In this document: in pieces, positions 11,881 through 26,300 of the stretch
Layout of the letters: each line of letters opens with the position of its first letter
Position numbering within the stretch: the first letter of the stretch is position 1
Assembly: GCA_002269645.1 (NCBI GenBank)
Contig: NIVC01000420.1
Span: forward strand, 496,001 to 560,000
Length of the DNA: 64,000 nt
Source: Macrostomum lignano
Taxonomy: Eukaryota
Direction of reading: 5' to 3'
Notes under the pieces: model-generated
The model's input: only the letters and a program-made list of their open reading frames with translations
What the model was told of the DNA's origin: nothing
Database searches by the model: none
Position numbers and translations under genes: made by a program

Positions 11881-13750
11881 TGTCAGGATGTCAGTTTGGC
11901 AGAATGTCATTGTATCATGGATGTCGGTGTGTCAGGATGTCGGTGTGTCAGGATGTCGGTGAGTCAGGATGTCGGTGTGTCAGGATGTCTGTGTGTCAGG
12001 ATGTCTGTGTGTCAGGATGTCGGTGTGTCAGGATGTCGGTGTGTCAGGATGTCGGTGTGTCAGGATGTCGGTGTGTCAGGATGTCGGTGTGTCAGGATGT
12101 CGGTGTGTCAGGATGTCGGTGTGTCAGGATATCGGTGTGTCAGGATGTCGGTGTGTCAGGATGTCGGTGTGACAGCTAGGATGGCGGTGTGTCAGGATGT
12201 CGGTGTGTCAGGATGTCGGTGTGTCAGGATGTCGGTGTGTCAGCTAGGATGGCGGTGTGTCAGGATGTCGGTATGTCAGGATGTCGGTGTGTCAGGATGT
12301 CGGTGTGTCAGGATGTCGGTGTGTCAGGATGTCGGTGTGTCAGGATGTCGGTGTGTCAGGATGTCCGTGTGTCAGGATGTCGGTGTGTCAGGATGTCGGT
12401 GTGACAGCTAGGATGTCGGTGTGTCAGGATGTCTGTGTGTCAGGATGTCGGTGTGTCAGGATGTCTGTGTGTCAGGATGTCGGTGTGTCAGGATGTCGGT
12501 GTGACAGCTAGGATGGCGGTGTGTCAGGATGTCGGTGTGACAGCTAGGATGTTGGTGTGTTAGGATGTCGGTGTGTCAGCTAGGATGGCGGTGTGTCAGG
12601 ATGTCGGTGTGTCAGGATGTCGGTGTGTCAGGATGTCGGTGTGTCAGGATGTCGGTGTGTCAGGATGTCGGTGTGACAGCTAGGATGGCGGTGTGTCAGG
12701 ATGTCGGTGTGACAGCTAGGATGGCGGTGTGTCAGGATGTCGGTGTGACAGGATATCGGTGTGTCAGGATGTCGGTGTGTCAGGATGTCGGTGTGTCAGG
12801 ATTTCGGTGTGTCAGGATATCGGTGTGTCAGCTAGGATGGCGGTGTGTCAGGATGTCGGTGTGTCAGCTAGGATGGCGGTGTGTCAGGATGTCGGTGTGT
12901 CAGGATGTCGGTGTGACAGTTAGGATGGCGGTGTGTCAGGATTTCGGTGTGTCAGGATATCGGTGTGTCAGCTAGGATGGCGGTGTGTCAGGATATCGGT
13001 GTGTCAGCTAGGATGGCGGTGTGTCAGGATGTTGGTGTGTCAGCTAGGATGGCGGTGTGTCAGGATGTCGGTGTGTCAGGATGTCGGTGTGTCAGGATGT
13101 CGGTGTGACAGCTAGGATGGCGGTGTGTCAGGATGTCGGTGTGTCAGGATGTCGGTGTGTCAGGATGTCGGTGTGTCAGGATGTCGGTGTGTCAGGATGT
13201 CGGTGTGACAGCTAGGATGGCGGTGTGTCAGGATGTCGGTGTGTCAGGATGTCGGTGTGTCAGGATGTCGGTGTGTCAGGATGTCGGTGTGTCAGGATGT
13301 CGGTGTGTCAGGATTTCGGTGTGTCAGGATGTCGGTGTGTCAGGATGTCGGTGTGTCAGCTAGGATAGCGGTGTGTCAGGATGTCGGTGTGACAGCTAGG
13401 ATGTCGGTGTGTCAGGATGTCGGTGTGTCAGGATGTTGGTGTGTCAGGATGTCGGTGTGTCAGGATGTCGGTGTGTCAGGATGTCGGTGTGTCAGGATGT
13501 CGGTGTGTCAGGATGTCGGTGTGTCAGGATGTCGGTGTGTCAGGATGTCGGTGTGTCAGCTAGGATGGCGGTGTGTCAGGATTTACAGTTTAATAGGCTT
13601 TACAGTTTGCCAAAATGACAGCGTGTCAGGATGTCAGTGTGTGTTAGTGAGCCAGGATGTCAGTATATCTGTGTATCAGAATCTCCGTGTGTCAGTGTGT
13701 CAGCGTGTTAGTGAGTCAGGATGTCAGGATGTCAGTGTGTCAGTGATGAT
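11881..13750. repeat. 16-bp satellite (GTCGGTGTGTCAGGAT)n with 20-bp CAGCTAGGAT variants, about 1.8 kb, intergenic
   Basis: Read directly; degenerate at both ends. Confidence 0.95.
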
Positions 13751-13915
13751 AGTGTCAGGGACTTCACTGTCACTAGAATCACTGATTCAGTGACATCGCG
13801 TTAAGTTTCTCATATTTTTTGTAATGAGGCTTTGGGTGCCAGGCCAGACAGACCTCTGGCGATTGCTACAATGCCCTGACAAGCCTGATCATGCAACCTA
13901 GTGAGTCGACACTCA

Positions 13916-14149
13916 GTTGTCATGGCGACACAATATTAATAATTAATTAAACTGACGGACACGACCCCGCTCAAGAGTTGAGAAGACTTAGCAGCATCTC
14001 GTAACAGAGGTAGGATGGGAAAAGCTTGTGGGAGAGTAATGAAAGGGATCATGAAATAAGTTTAATCTTAAGTCCCCAGCCAATGGCGGCGCTCATACTT
14101 ACATCCAGTCCATACCTACAGAGGCTTGTCCGTTCATTACCATGACAAC
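13916..14149. promoter_or_regulatory. Two X-box-like (RFX) motifs upstream of the dynein gene
   Basis: GTTGTCATGGCGAC at 13916-13929 and ATTACCATGACAAC at 14136-14149, each near the RFX palindrome GTTGCCATGGCAAC; CCAAT at about 14080. Confidence 0.45.
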
Positions 14150-14337
14150 GAGCAGTTCTCAGCAGGTAGTTGTGCTCGGTAAAAACTCACAGCCATTTCC
14201 GGAATGCAAGAGAGAGGTTTTTGATTCCCCTAATCCCAAAACACAATTCTCCCACAACATTTCTACCTTGTTTTAAAACAGTTTAAACAAAAATATTAAC
14301 AGCAGATCTTGCTGTTTTTTCTACTCAGCATCCTACG

Positions 14338-17300
14338 ATGACTGATCGACAGTCGAAAACCGCTTTTCAAGAAGGTGAGTGCTCGATTCTCGCCTTTGTT
14401 GAAATTGGAGTGACTGGCGCTAATATCTGAGTGGCTATCACTAGTATCGGATTGACTATCACTAGTATCGGAGTGACTACCATATTAGTCTCGGAGTGAC
14501 TATCATATTAGTATCGGAGTGACTATCAGATTAGTATCCGAGTGACTATCATATTAGTATCGGAGTGACTATTATTAGTATCGGAGTGACTATTATTAGT
14601 ATCGGAGTGACTATCATATTAGTGTCGGAGTGACTATCACTAGTATCGGAGTGACTATCATATTAGTATCGGAGTGACTATCAGATTAGTATCCGAGTGA
14701 CTATCATATTAGTATCGGAGTGACTATCACTAGTATCGGAGTGACTATCATATTAGTATCGGAGTGACTATCATATTAGTATCGGAGTGACTATCATATT
14801 AGTATCGGAGTGACTATTATTAGTAACGGAGTGACTATTATTAGTATCGGAGTGACTATCATAGTATACTAGTATACTATCAGTATACGAGTAATATGAT
14901 AGACTATCATAATGTCTATGTCTATGTCTAATGTCAATAGTCTATAATAGTCCGATACTAATATGATAGTGACTATCATATTAGTATCGGAGTGACTATC
15001 ACTAGTATCGGAGTGACTATCATATTAGTATCGGATTGACTATCATATTACCAGGTAGTATCGGAGTGACTATTATTAGTATCGGAGGGACTATTATTAG
15101 TATTGGAGTGACTATCATAGTATACTAGTATACTATCAGTATACGAGTAATATGATAGTATACTATCATATTACTCGTAGTATCGGAGTGACTATTATTA
15201 GTATCGGAGTGACTATTATTAGTATCGGAGTGACTATTATTAGTATCGGAGTGACTATTATTAGTATCGGAGTGACTATTATTAGTATCGGAATGACTAT
15301 TATTAGTATCGGAGTGACTATTATTAGTATCGGAGTGACTATTATATTAGTATCGGAGTGACTATCAGATTAGTATCGGAGTGACTATCACTAGTATCGG
15401 AGTGACTACCATATTAGTCTCGGAGTGACTATCATATTAGTCTCGGAGTGACTATCATATTAGTATCGGAGTGACTATCACTAGTATCGGAGTGACTATC
15501 ATATTAGTATCGGATTGACTATCATATTACCAGGTAGTATCGGAGTGACTATTATTAGTATCGGAGGGACTATTATTAGTATTGGAGTGACTATCATAGT
15601 ATACTAGTATACTATCAGTATACGAGTAATATGATAGTATACTATCATATTACTCGTAGTATCGGAGTGACTATTATTAGTATCGGAGTGACTATTATTA
15701 GTTTCGGAGTGACTATTATTAGTATCGGAGTGACTATTATTAGTATCGGAGTGACTATTATTAGTATCGGAGTGACTATCACTAGTATCGGAGTGACTAC
15801 CATATTAGTCTCGGAGTGACTATCATATTAGTCTCGGAGTGACTATCATATTAGTATCGGAGTGACTATCATATTAGTATCGGAGTGACTATCAGATTAG
15901 TATCCGAGTGACTATCATATTAGTATCGGAGTGACTATCACTAGTATCGGAGTGACTACCATATTAGTCTCGGAGTGACTATCATATTAGTCTCGGAGTG
16001 ACTATCATATTAGTATCGGAGTGACTATCAGATTAGTATCCGAGTGACTATCATATTAGTATCGGAGTGACTATCATATTAGTATCGGAGTGACTATCAG
16101 ATTAGTATCCGAGTGACTATCATATTAGTATCGGAGTGACTATCACTAGTATCGGAGTGACTACCATATTAGTCTCGGAGTGACTATCATATTAGTCTCG
16201 GAGTGACTATCATATTAGTATCGGAGTGACTATCAGATTAGTATCCGAGTGACTATCATATTAGTATCGGAGTGACTATCACTAGTATCGGAGTGACTAT
16301 CATATTAGTATCGGATTGACTATCATATTACTCGTAGTATCGGAGTGACTATTATTAGTATCGGAGTGACTATTATTAGTATCGGAGTGACTATTATTAG
16401 TATCGGAGTGACTATCATATTAGTGTCGGAGTGACTATCACTAGTATTGGAGTGACTATCATATTAGTATCGGAGTGACTATCAGATTAGTATCCGAGTG
16501 ACTATCATATTAGTATCGGAGTGACTATCACTAGTATCGGAGTGACTATCATATTAGTATCGGATTGACTATCATATTACTCGTAGTATCGGAGTGACTA
16601 TTATTAGTGTCGGAGTGACTATCACTAGTATTGGAGTGACTATCACTAGTATCGGAGTGACAAAAAGCTACAAGCAATATCGAAGCAAAATTTTCATATT
16701 AATAAGAGTTTTAAAAACTCCTTTCATTTATCAAAACCCAGGCTCCGACGGCATGGCAACCCCAGCTGGCAAGGTGACCGATATTTTTATGGAAATATAT
16801 ATTTAACTATTAAATCTCTGTCAACCATGTCAATCATTTCAATTCCAAAATTCGAACCAGTCCACATCGGACTCGGGTGACGACGGCAAGTCCCAGACTT
16901 CCGGCGACAAAAAACAGCAACAACAGCAGCCGCCGCCGCCGCCGCCGCCGCCGCCACCGAAGATCAGAGAGTTTCGAAGGTCTCAGGTGAGATTGCTCAG
17001 GTAGAATTGTGGTTCAGGATTCGGGGGAATTGCGGGACTGTGAGAAAAGAATTTTGAGTTGAGGACTGTGATTCAGGGACTGTGATTCAGGGACTGTGAT
17101 TCAGGGACTAGGATTTAGGGACTGTGATTCAGGGACTGTGATTCAGTGACTGTGATTCAGGGACTGTGATTCAGTGACTGTGATTCAGTGACTGTGATTC
17201 AGGGACTGTGATTCAGGGACTGTGATTCAGGGACTAGGATTTAGGGACTGTGATTCAGGGACTAGGATTCAGGGACTGTGATTCAGGGACTAGGATTCAG

Positions 17301-20300
17301 GGACTGTAATTCAGGAACTGTGATTCAGGGACTGTGATTCAGGGACTAGGATTTAGGGACTGTGATTCAGGGACTGTGATTCAAGGACTGTGATTCAGGG
17401 ACTAGGATTTAGGGACTGTGATTCAAGGACTCTGACTCAGAGAGTTAAGTCTATGTCCCAAAGAAAAATCATCTCAAGGCACGAGAAGAAATTCGCTTTC
17501 TGTCAACCTATCTACGAGAACTCATGTTTGCATGAATTGGCCAAGTGCACACAAAATCAGTAGCATAGCTATAAAGAAAAAATTATTAGAAATAGTTCCA
17601 GATTTTAATTCTAGCTTTATGCTACCAATATGCTGTATGAAATCCCAATTAAGAAAGTTAAAGCGTCACTTTGCTGACTGAAACATACGCTTAACAAAAA
17701 ACTTCCTTTTCCCATTTCAGTCGAAAGTTTTCCGCGTAAGTAGTGCGTTATGCGTCTTTTGCCATTTTTGGCAAAAAAGCCAAAAAACTTTGGAAAAAAT
17801 TGAAAACATCTGTATCAAATTGTAAATCTAGGTTTTGCCTTTGCTTAAATTACTTGCCCAAAATCATTTCAGATGGACGTGAGGCACATGTACATGGCCG
17901 AGAGAATGGCAGTGGTGCTGGGACTCGAGTCCAACCAGCTGGAGGAATGGATCATGTTCGATCCGAAGTTTCCCAAGTTTGACAATTTTTTTGCCCCAAA
18001 TGGAGCAAAAACTATGCTATTCTATTATCAGGCTAAGGTGCTGCATTGCTGTCAAGGTTTAGTTGGTATTGTTAGCACAGGTAACACTGAGTAGCAGTTC
18101 AACATTACAGTTATTCCCTATTTCAGCCCGGAATTTCTACCGACACGAAGCAGCTGGTAATAAGCGATGGTCGCGACATCGTGAGTAGTTTCTTTTCGTT
18201 ACAGGGAATTTTTTCAATCCATGACTCAAGAATACGATTCCATTGGTCCATTGGTTTGCGTTGGGGCCTTTGGCTTTGGGCAAACTGTGCTTAGGGCCTC
18301 GGAGTTGACTCTCATGTTGCATAGTCGATCATCTCTCAGATCCGGTGGGTCCCGAACCCACTATGATCTCAAACTCCCAGCGAGCAAACTGCACTTCCCC
18401 CATGCACGGCTTTACAGCCTCTGCTTGGCCTGGCATTTGTCTTCACCCGGACAACTCAGCGAGCCATCACCACCAGCAACTACGCCAACGAGGTGAACTT
18501 CAACTACATGGACGCAAGCGACGGTCGCCTTCTTGAAGCTCTGGAAGGCTACTTGGCCTCCATTGTGCTGCCAGGACTTGCCAACCTGACTGATTGGGGC
18601 GGTCAACTGTCTGCCTCGGCACCTGGTGGCAGCACGAGCGGCAAGGCCAAGATTGACGAATACCTGAACGCGCTGCAGCGTCTACTGGAGTCGCTCGCTG
18701 GCGCCAGGGCGAGCATGCAGAACCAGATTCTGCTCAGCGATCCACCAGATGAACTGGCGCAGAGGGTCCAATCGCCCGTGGATCTGCAGCTGGCTGGTGA
18801 GTCCTTGCTGTCGTGTAAAATGCATTCGTCGAGGATCAGTCAGTTAGAACTCTCTAAGGCCAGCTCAACCCACCCAAGTGGGTCCCGCGTGCTAGGAAGA
18901 TTGCTAGGAAGATTGCTAGGAAGACATCGTATACTCTATGTGGCATGTACAGTTTGATGGGTAGGAAGAGCTATGATTTTAACTGAATATTACCTAGTAC
19001 ATGAGTTATAGTTTGGCACCAACCTCTTACATATATCAGACACATAAAGCATATTAAGGTTTCTCGCAAGTGCGATATTCTAGACAGGTGACAAACAATC
19101 TACCTTAAAAAAAGGGCAAGCTCGTAAGGTGTGTACAGCGATAGTCACAATTAAGCTTAGCGAGCCGCCTGACCCGCTAGGGAGCTTAGAGAGCACCGGT
19201 CGCGTGCAGGCCTAGCAGTCACACACGATACTTAAGTCTAACATCCTTCTTAGTCTACAAGCCCTTAATGTTGATCCGCAGTGCACAGCTCCGAAGCGCT
19301 TGAGAAACTGGAGAGACTGCTGCTGCACTGGGCCAAGGAGATCAAACAGGTGCTCAACGAATCCGAGCAGGTCCGACGCGAAACAGACGACGTTGGTCCG
19401 ACTGCCGAGCTGACCTTCTGGAAGGGTAGAATGGCTCGGTTCAACAAGTGAGAGAGTGGCTGGGGAGTCACCCCTGGCACAGGCAAATACCATTAGCCAG
19501 TTAATTTGCAAGAGAATCTCATAAAGGTGTCAGTCGACCCACAGCCGGTGATAGTCCAATAAGTCACGTCTTGCAGTTGAAAGTCTTGTAAAGCCTCCGG
19601 ACGGAGGGATACAATGTCACAGCTTAGCCTCAATAAACTGGTTTATTAGCCTTAGAATAGATTTTAGTAAGGGATCTTATTATAAAAATATCTTATTTTG
19701 ACTGCCCTCCGCAGCCTTATGGAGCAGATGGCCCGGCCAGAGGTGCGCAAAGTTGTCGCCATGCTGCACAACGCCAAATCGCGCACTCTACGCGTCTGGC
19801 ACACCCTCGACGCTCGTATCACGGATGCCGCCAACGAGGCCAGGGACAACGTGAAATACTTATACACCCTAGATAAGTTCTTCGGTCCATTGACGAAAAG
19901 CAACCCGGTGAAAATGCGGGAACACCTGCCGGCGCTAATAAACGCCATCCGGATGGTGCACACGGTGTCCCGCTACTACAACACCTCGGAGCGGATGACT
20001 TCTCTGTTCGTCAAAGTCACCAACCAGATGATTTTCGCATGCAAAACGCATGTTCGCTGCGGCTCCGACGGCGTCAGCCTGTGGGACCAGCCGCGCGATC
20101 AGCTGATCGAGCGCATGCGCCACTGCCTCGACTTGAACGCCGACTATCAGGCCGCGTTTCGGCGCGTTCGCGACCAGCTACACCAGACGCCGCAGGAGCG
20201 ACAGTTTGACTTCAGCGAGAACTACATTTTTGGCAAGTTCGACACCTTCTGCCGTCGCCTAGTGAAGATGACGGACAGTCTTCAGGAAGTGCAGAGCCTT

Positions 20301-23300
20301 CGCAGTCTGCTCGACATGCGAACAGAGGGCATCGAGCATCTCATCGGAGGCTACAAGGGTCTCGGTGAAATTTTCCGCCGTCGAAAATATGACCCACTGG
20401 AACACCGAGACGCGAGCTTCGACGCCGATTACGACGAGTTCAAGCAAAGCGTTGGCCAGTTGATTACCTCTCTATACGCCTATGTGGATGAAATCTTCCA
20501 GCGGCCCATGTCGGTGCCACAGCAGCTGGCGGTGCTTGGAAGATTCGAGCGAATCGAAGGCGTCCAATTTGATTGGAGCGAGAAGCACGCTCGGATACTG
20601 CACACCTACGCCAAGGAGCTGGACACGGTGAGGCAGCTCTACCAGAGGAACAAAGACGACCCTCCAGTAGGTCGTAACCTGCCTCCGATTGCCGGAAAAA
20701 TCGCCTGGTCGCGTCACCTTCTCGAGAAGGTTGAGAAGCCAATGATGGTGTTCAAGCATCAGAAGAAGGCTATCCTGCAGCTGCCGGAAGCTAAAAAGGT
20801 TGTGCGCGACTACAATCGAACGGCGGAAGTTCTCCTGGCCTTTGAAGTTCTGTACCATCAGCAGTGGCTGGCCAGGGTGAAGCAGTTTCACGCCAGCCTG
20901 AACTCACCTCTGCTGACCAAGGACCCGGTCACGGGCAGTTTGTCGGTGAATCTGGACTCTGCTGTGACTGAGCTGCTCCGGGAGGCGGCCTACATGCAAC
21001 GCTTGGGCCTGTCGGTGCCTGATCAGATTGTGCGGCTTATGTTCTGCGAGATGGGCATTCGAGAAACCTACAGAGAGTGAGTCTGTTATTTACGTCCTTT
21101 GTAAGCGTATCGCCCACGATCCCTCCTACATGCTCCTACGAGCGTATGCATCTGAATGTTCCTCGTCTGCTTTAGGAAGTTCTTAAAAAATCTAAAAGAT
21201 AAAATGACCCACTTCTAGATTGGACGAAACTCTGCGAGAATTCGACAAAGTTTGCGCCGACATTCCGGCGCCAATCCAGCCGTTGATGAAGCCGTTCAAA
21301 GAGCAAATCGGCGACACATTGGAGCCGGGGCTAGGTCAGCTTACCTGGGTGTCCAGCAAGACCAAGGAGTGTAAGTTTTGAAGGGCGTTGACTTGAGTCG
21401 TTTGTCGGTGTGATTTTTAGATGATTTTTTAAACCTGACTAATATCCATAGATATAACAAAGAATTTCGGTTTTAATCACCTAGTCTTAGTAACTAGTCT
21501 TAGTAGATGATTAATTCCTGGAAGTATTGTCTTTGCAATAAAGATATAGTTATTGGATCATCGTAATCGTTTACTAGCTCAAACAATAAATTTAATGCAG
21601 ACATCGAAAGCGTTCGCAGCGAGATTGCCAACTTTCGTATCGTCGCCAAACAGCTGTCGGACATGATCCAGTGCCGGGTGGAATCCCCACTGGAGGAGAT
21701 GTCGCTGACCGCTCTCATCGACCTGCCCGACGATGAGCCGGTGACGGCCGACGAGTTCGTGGCGATGACGGAGTCGACCTGCTCAGATGCGGCGGCCTAT
21801 TTGACAAAGTGAGTTTCAAAGTGAGAAACTGGAGAATATTTCATTATCTGAAAATTCCTAATCGTCAGAGGAACAATCCCTCTCGACTCGATACTTTTCG
21901 AAAGGAGGAGTCGCTTCAGATTCCCTTCAGAAGAACAAAATTTCACAAGAACTTGGTCTCTATGGCCAAAAGTTCTTGGAAAAAATTTCATATAAAGCTT
22001 GAAAGAACGCTCCATTTCGATTTTTCTACATTACATTGTGAAACTTCTTTTCTGGCAGTCCTTTGACTGTCAGCCTATTTGACTGCTATGCCTAGGGTTA
22101 GGTTTACGTTCGGCAGTAAATTTGCGACAGTTTTTTTAGACTCATTTCTGTCTTGTTTTAGTAAATGATTTACGGTAAATCACAGTAATTGTTGAATAAA
22201 AGATAAGAAACAAATGTCTCTGAAGTTTCACAGTTATAAGTTGCGGAATTTTGACGTGTACACAGATTGTCATGCACGTAGTCGCTTGTAGTAACATTGC
22301 AAACAAGCAATTTCATGATTTCAGACAAAGCCACCTAGTGGAAGCCGCAGTTGACAATGTGGTTCAGACGATTCTGGAAAGCCTGCCAGAAGGCAAGCAA
22401 ATTCAGTCGGACCCCAGCCAGGCCTGGGACTGCTTGGGAGATCAGGCGGTCGCGGCTGCTTCTTCAACGACTGCTGGCGGTAGCAGTGGCTCGGGCAAGC
22501 GCCAGCGCTGTCAGGAGTGCCTGCACTGCCTCGTGTTCTCTTTCCTCAGCTACTACACCAACAGAAACACGGAGGCGCTGGTCCGCTGCACCCGGCTCAG
22601 CCTCGACAGTCTGCGGCGTCGCGCCAACCGATCCGCGCGCTCCGGACATCCGCCTGGAGGCGCCACTGCCGGTGACGAGACGCGTCGTCGCGCGGCTGCC
22701 GTGTCGGCGAATCCATCGAGTAACGAATTGTCGACAGTGACGGCAACTCCGGGTCCGGTGTCCAGCGTTGGAGCCGGTGGTAGCAGCGGTGTTTCCACCG
22801 TCGCGACTACTTCAAGTGGTCCGCTGTTCAAGGCGGATGTTGTCCTGCAATTGCCGCGAATTGTTGCCCAGCCAACGCTGGACGAGATGCAGCAGCGGGT
22901 GAATAAAGCGATTCGCACGGCTTTAAAGATGGCAGCGGATATACCGCAGTGGCGTCACCTGGCTCTGACGCAGTGCCAGCAGCAGCGTAAGCTTCAAGAG
23001 GAGAGCGCCAAAGCTGAGGGTCGTGACGTTGACAAGATGACGCCCGAGGAGCTGGAAGAGCTGAAGCTGCCAGCCGGTAGCGCCATCAAGCCGCTGCATC
23101 GGATCATTGCCGATCACAAGGATGTGGCGAAGGTTGCCTCGCAGTTGGGCTCGCTGATCGGAGGCGGGCGTAGCGCTGAGGAGCGGGGCACCTTCAAGGA
23201 GTTTTACCGATTCCAGGGCCTGTGGATTGAGGTGACTTTCTTTACTGTACGAGATATAAGTGTAGTATGATAGCATTAAAAGATTATAATGCATCAGTCT

Positions 23301-26300
23301 AGTACCCCTTTCAGGAGATAAACATGAGGGTGAAGGAGTACATGGACACTCAGCCGACTCTCTCAGACATGGCGGCCGTATTCAAGGATCTATTTGTGAG
23401 TGTCTACAGTAATCTAGTTAGATCCTAGGGATTGTCCTTTCTATCCTTTGCGAAAGTTTTCGTCAGTTACATTTCAGATAAGTCGCGATTACATACACGA
23501 TTAAGCTACTTTCAGTGCAGTAGTAGTATTTTATCTCTCTGTCTACCCCATCACTTCTCTTATTAACCATTTGGTTCTTCATTAGCTTCTGTAAAAAAAA
23601 TAGTAAAACATCTCTGCACGTGAATACATGTAGTCGGCGCCACACGTCACGGTAGAATCCTTTTAAACAACCCTTTTTTAGGAAACGGAAGCGGAAATCA
23701 TCAACCTGCCGCAAAGCTACCAGGTGGGGCCAGTTCTCTACTGCACGGAGCGGCTCAAGACCGCCCTGGCTGAAGAGTGCCGAGCCTGGCGACTGGCCTA
23801 CGGCAAGGCGCTAAACGACCGGTGCGGTCGAGCTATGGGCGAAGTTCTGGAGTGGTTTGAAAATCTCAAGAAGCTTCTCGCTCGGCCGGTGCAAGATCTG
23901 GACGATGTTCGGGCCCACATGGCCGCCCTGTCTGAAGTGCGCGAGGGCGAAGTTCGCATCGACCTGACCATTGGGCCGATTGAAGAGACGTACGCTTTGC
24001 TCAGCAAGTACGAGATCTTCTTTAACGACGGCAACGCCGAGCGAGTAGACTCTCTCACGTACGAACGGTCGAATCTCAAAGAGCAGTCGCGCGGTGTCCA
24101 AGACCACCTGTTGGACATCCAGCCTAAGTTTCGCGACGACCTACTGGCCGGTGTAAGATCTTTTCGTCGGGATCTGGCAGCTTTTGTTGCGGACTACGAC
24201 TCAAAGTACGTTGCTGCTGGGGATGCTTCATCGATGCTTAACTTCTGTTACAGTACTTTCGATTGTCGTTTCGCAAAATTAAAAAACCCTAATATTAATT
24301 TGAAATTCCTTTGTCGCTAGTATACTCGTTAGTAGGCTTTGTCTCAATGAGTATCGTAGCACACGACCCGGGTTCAATGCTATTTCGGGCCAATAAATTT
24401 AAGCATGTCACACCTTGAGTCTCAGCTTAAGAATATCTGTAAGTGCGCATGTAGGTAAAAATGTACCAGTACATGTCTGACGTGACAATACAAAGGTTAC
24501 CATCGTGCTTGTAAATCTGCTCGAAAAGCATAAATAGGGGTCAAATTAGACCCAAAATGGAAGCGATGTATAAGAGAGGCGCTTTCGTTATCGCGGATCC
24601 CTCTATCGGATTGGCAATGAGTATGAAATAATCGATATTCAATCCCTCTACGTCTCACTAGACTCCAGTGGGATAATATGGGATAAATGGGGATCTTTTG
24701 TCAACTTAAGGCTCCACAGAGTGCTGCAATACTCGAAAGACAGCAAAAGCGCCGCTCCACTCTGGTACATCGGTTCAATTCACACTCCGCAAGGGGCCTC
24801 CCCTCTGCGTCTTTATATATATATTAATGCAACAAAGCTAAGTCTCTCGATTACGCTGTCAATACAATTTAGAGGCCCCAAGGAACCGGAAATCTCGCCG
24901 GAGGAGGCTTCCGACCGGTTGGCCCTATTCCAGGGTCGATTTAACGATCTTTGGCGCAAGTACGAGACGTACACCGGTGGCGAGGAGCTGTTCGGGTTGC
25001 CTGAGAGTGACTACCCTGAGCTGCAGCGAATCCGCAAGGACCTCAGCCTGTTGCAGAAGCTGTACGGCCTGTACAATCAAGTGCTGGACACCCTCAGCAG
25101 CTGGAAAGACATCACCTGGTCTGAGGTGAACATTGAGAACATTCGTCGCCAGTTGGAGGCCTTCCACGATCGCTGCCACCACCTGCCAAAAGCTCTGCGC
25201 ACCTGGCAGGCTTACGTCGATCTGAGCAAAATCATTGACGACTTTGGCGAGGTGATCCCACTGCTGGAGATGATGTCAAGCGGGGCAATGATGTCGCGAC
25301 ACTGGGAACGACTTGAGGCGTTGATGGATCTGCGATTCGACGTTGAGTCGGAGAGCTTCCTGCTGCGCAGCCTTATGGAGGCGCCGTTGCTGGAGAAGAA
25401 GGACGACATTGAGGAAATCTGCTTATCCGCTGTCAAGGAGAAAGAAATCGAAGGAAAGCTCAGGTAAGTCGGGGTTTTATGCCAACAAATGCGGAGGAAC
25501 TTACAAAATTACACTTTGGAAGTCATGATAGCTCGTAACCGTCAGACAGCGTCTTAATCTGTCTAATTTAACCTTCAAGATCATTCTTGAGAAAAACTTC
25601 GCAAAAAAACTCTCACCTTTGACTTCCACAGGCAGGTCATCAGCGACTGGTCGGCCATCATTTTCCAGTTCGCTTCGTTTAAAACTCGCGGCGAATTGCT
25701 ACTGAAAGCAGACTCGGCTGGCGAGCTGATCGCCGTCACTGAGGACTCGCTGATGGCGCTCGGCTCGCTGCTAAGCAACCGTTACAACGCGCCGTTTCGT
25801 TTGAAAATCCAGGAGTGGATGTCAAAACTATCGACTACATCCGAGATTATCGACAGCTGGCAGCAGGTGCAGAATCTGTGGATCTACCTGGAGGCTGTCT
25901 TCGTCGGAGGCGACATCGCCAAGCAGCTGCCGGGCGAGGCAAAGCGGTTTAGCAACATCGACAAGAGCTGGCAGCGGGTGATGCAGCGAGCTCACGAGAT
26001 CACCAACGTCGTGCAGTGCTGCACAGCCGACGACACGCTGTCCCAGCTGCTTCCGCATCTGCTTGAGCAGCTCGAGCTATGCAGGAAGTCGCTCACTGGC
26101 TACCTGGAGAAGAAAAGGCTGCTGTTTCCCAGGTTCTTTTTCGTGTCCGATCCGGCACTGCTGGAGATTCTTGGCCAGGCGTCCGATTCGCACGCGATTC
26201 AGGTAAGCCCCGACTCCCTTTGCATAAATTTATCCCGTTTTAAAAGTAAGACAACGCAAATAAAAATTGTACATTGCATTCAATAAACCAGGCCCACCTG

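Noticed and set aside
11851-13793. Cys-rich ORFs (CQDVGVSGCRCVRMSV)n
   Set aside because: Stop-free readings of the 16-bp satellite; frames shift between units.
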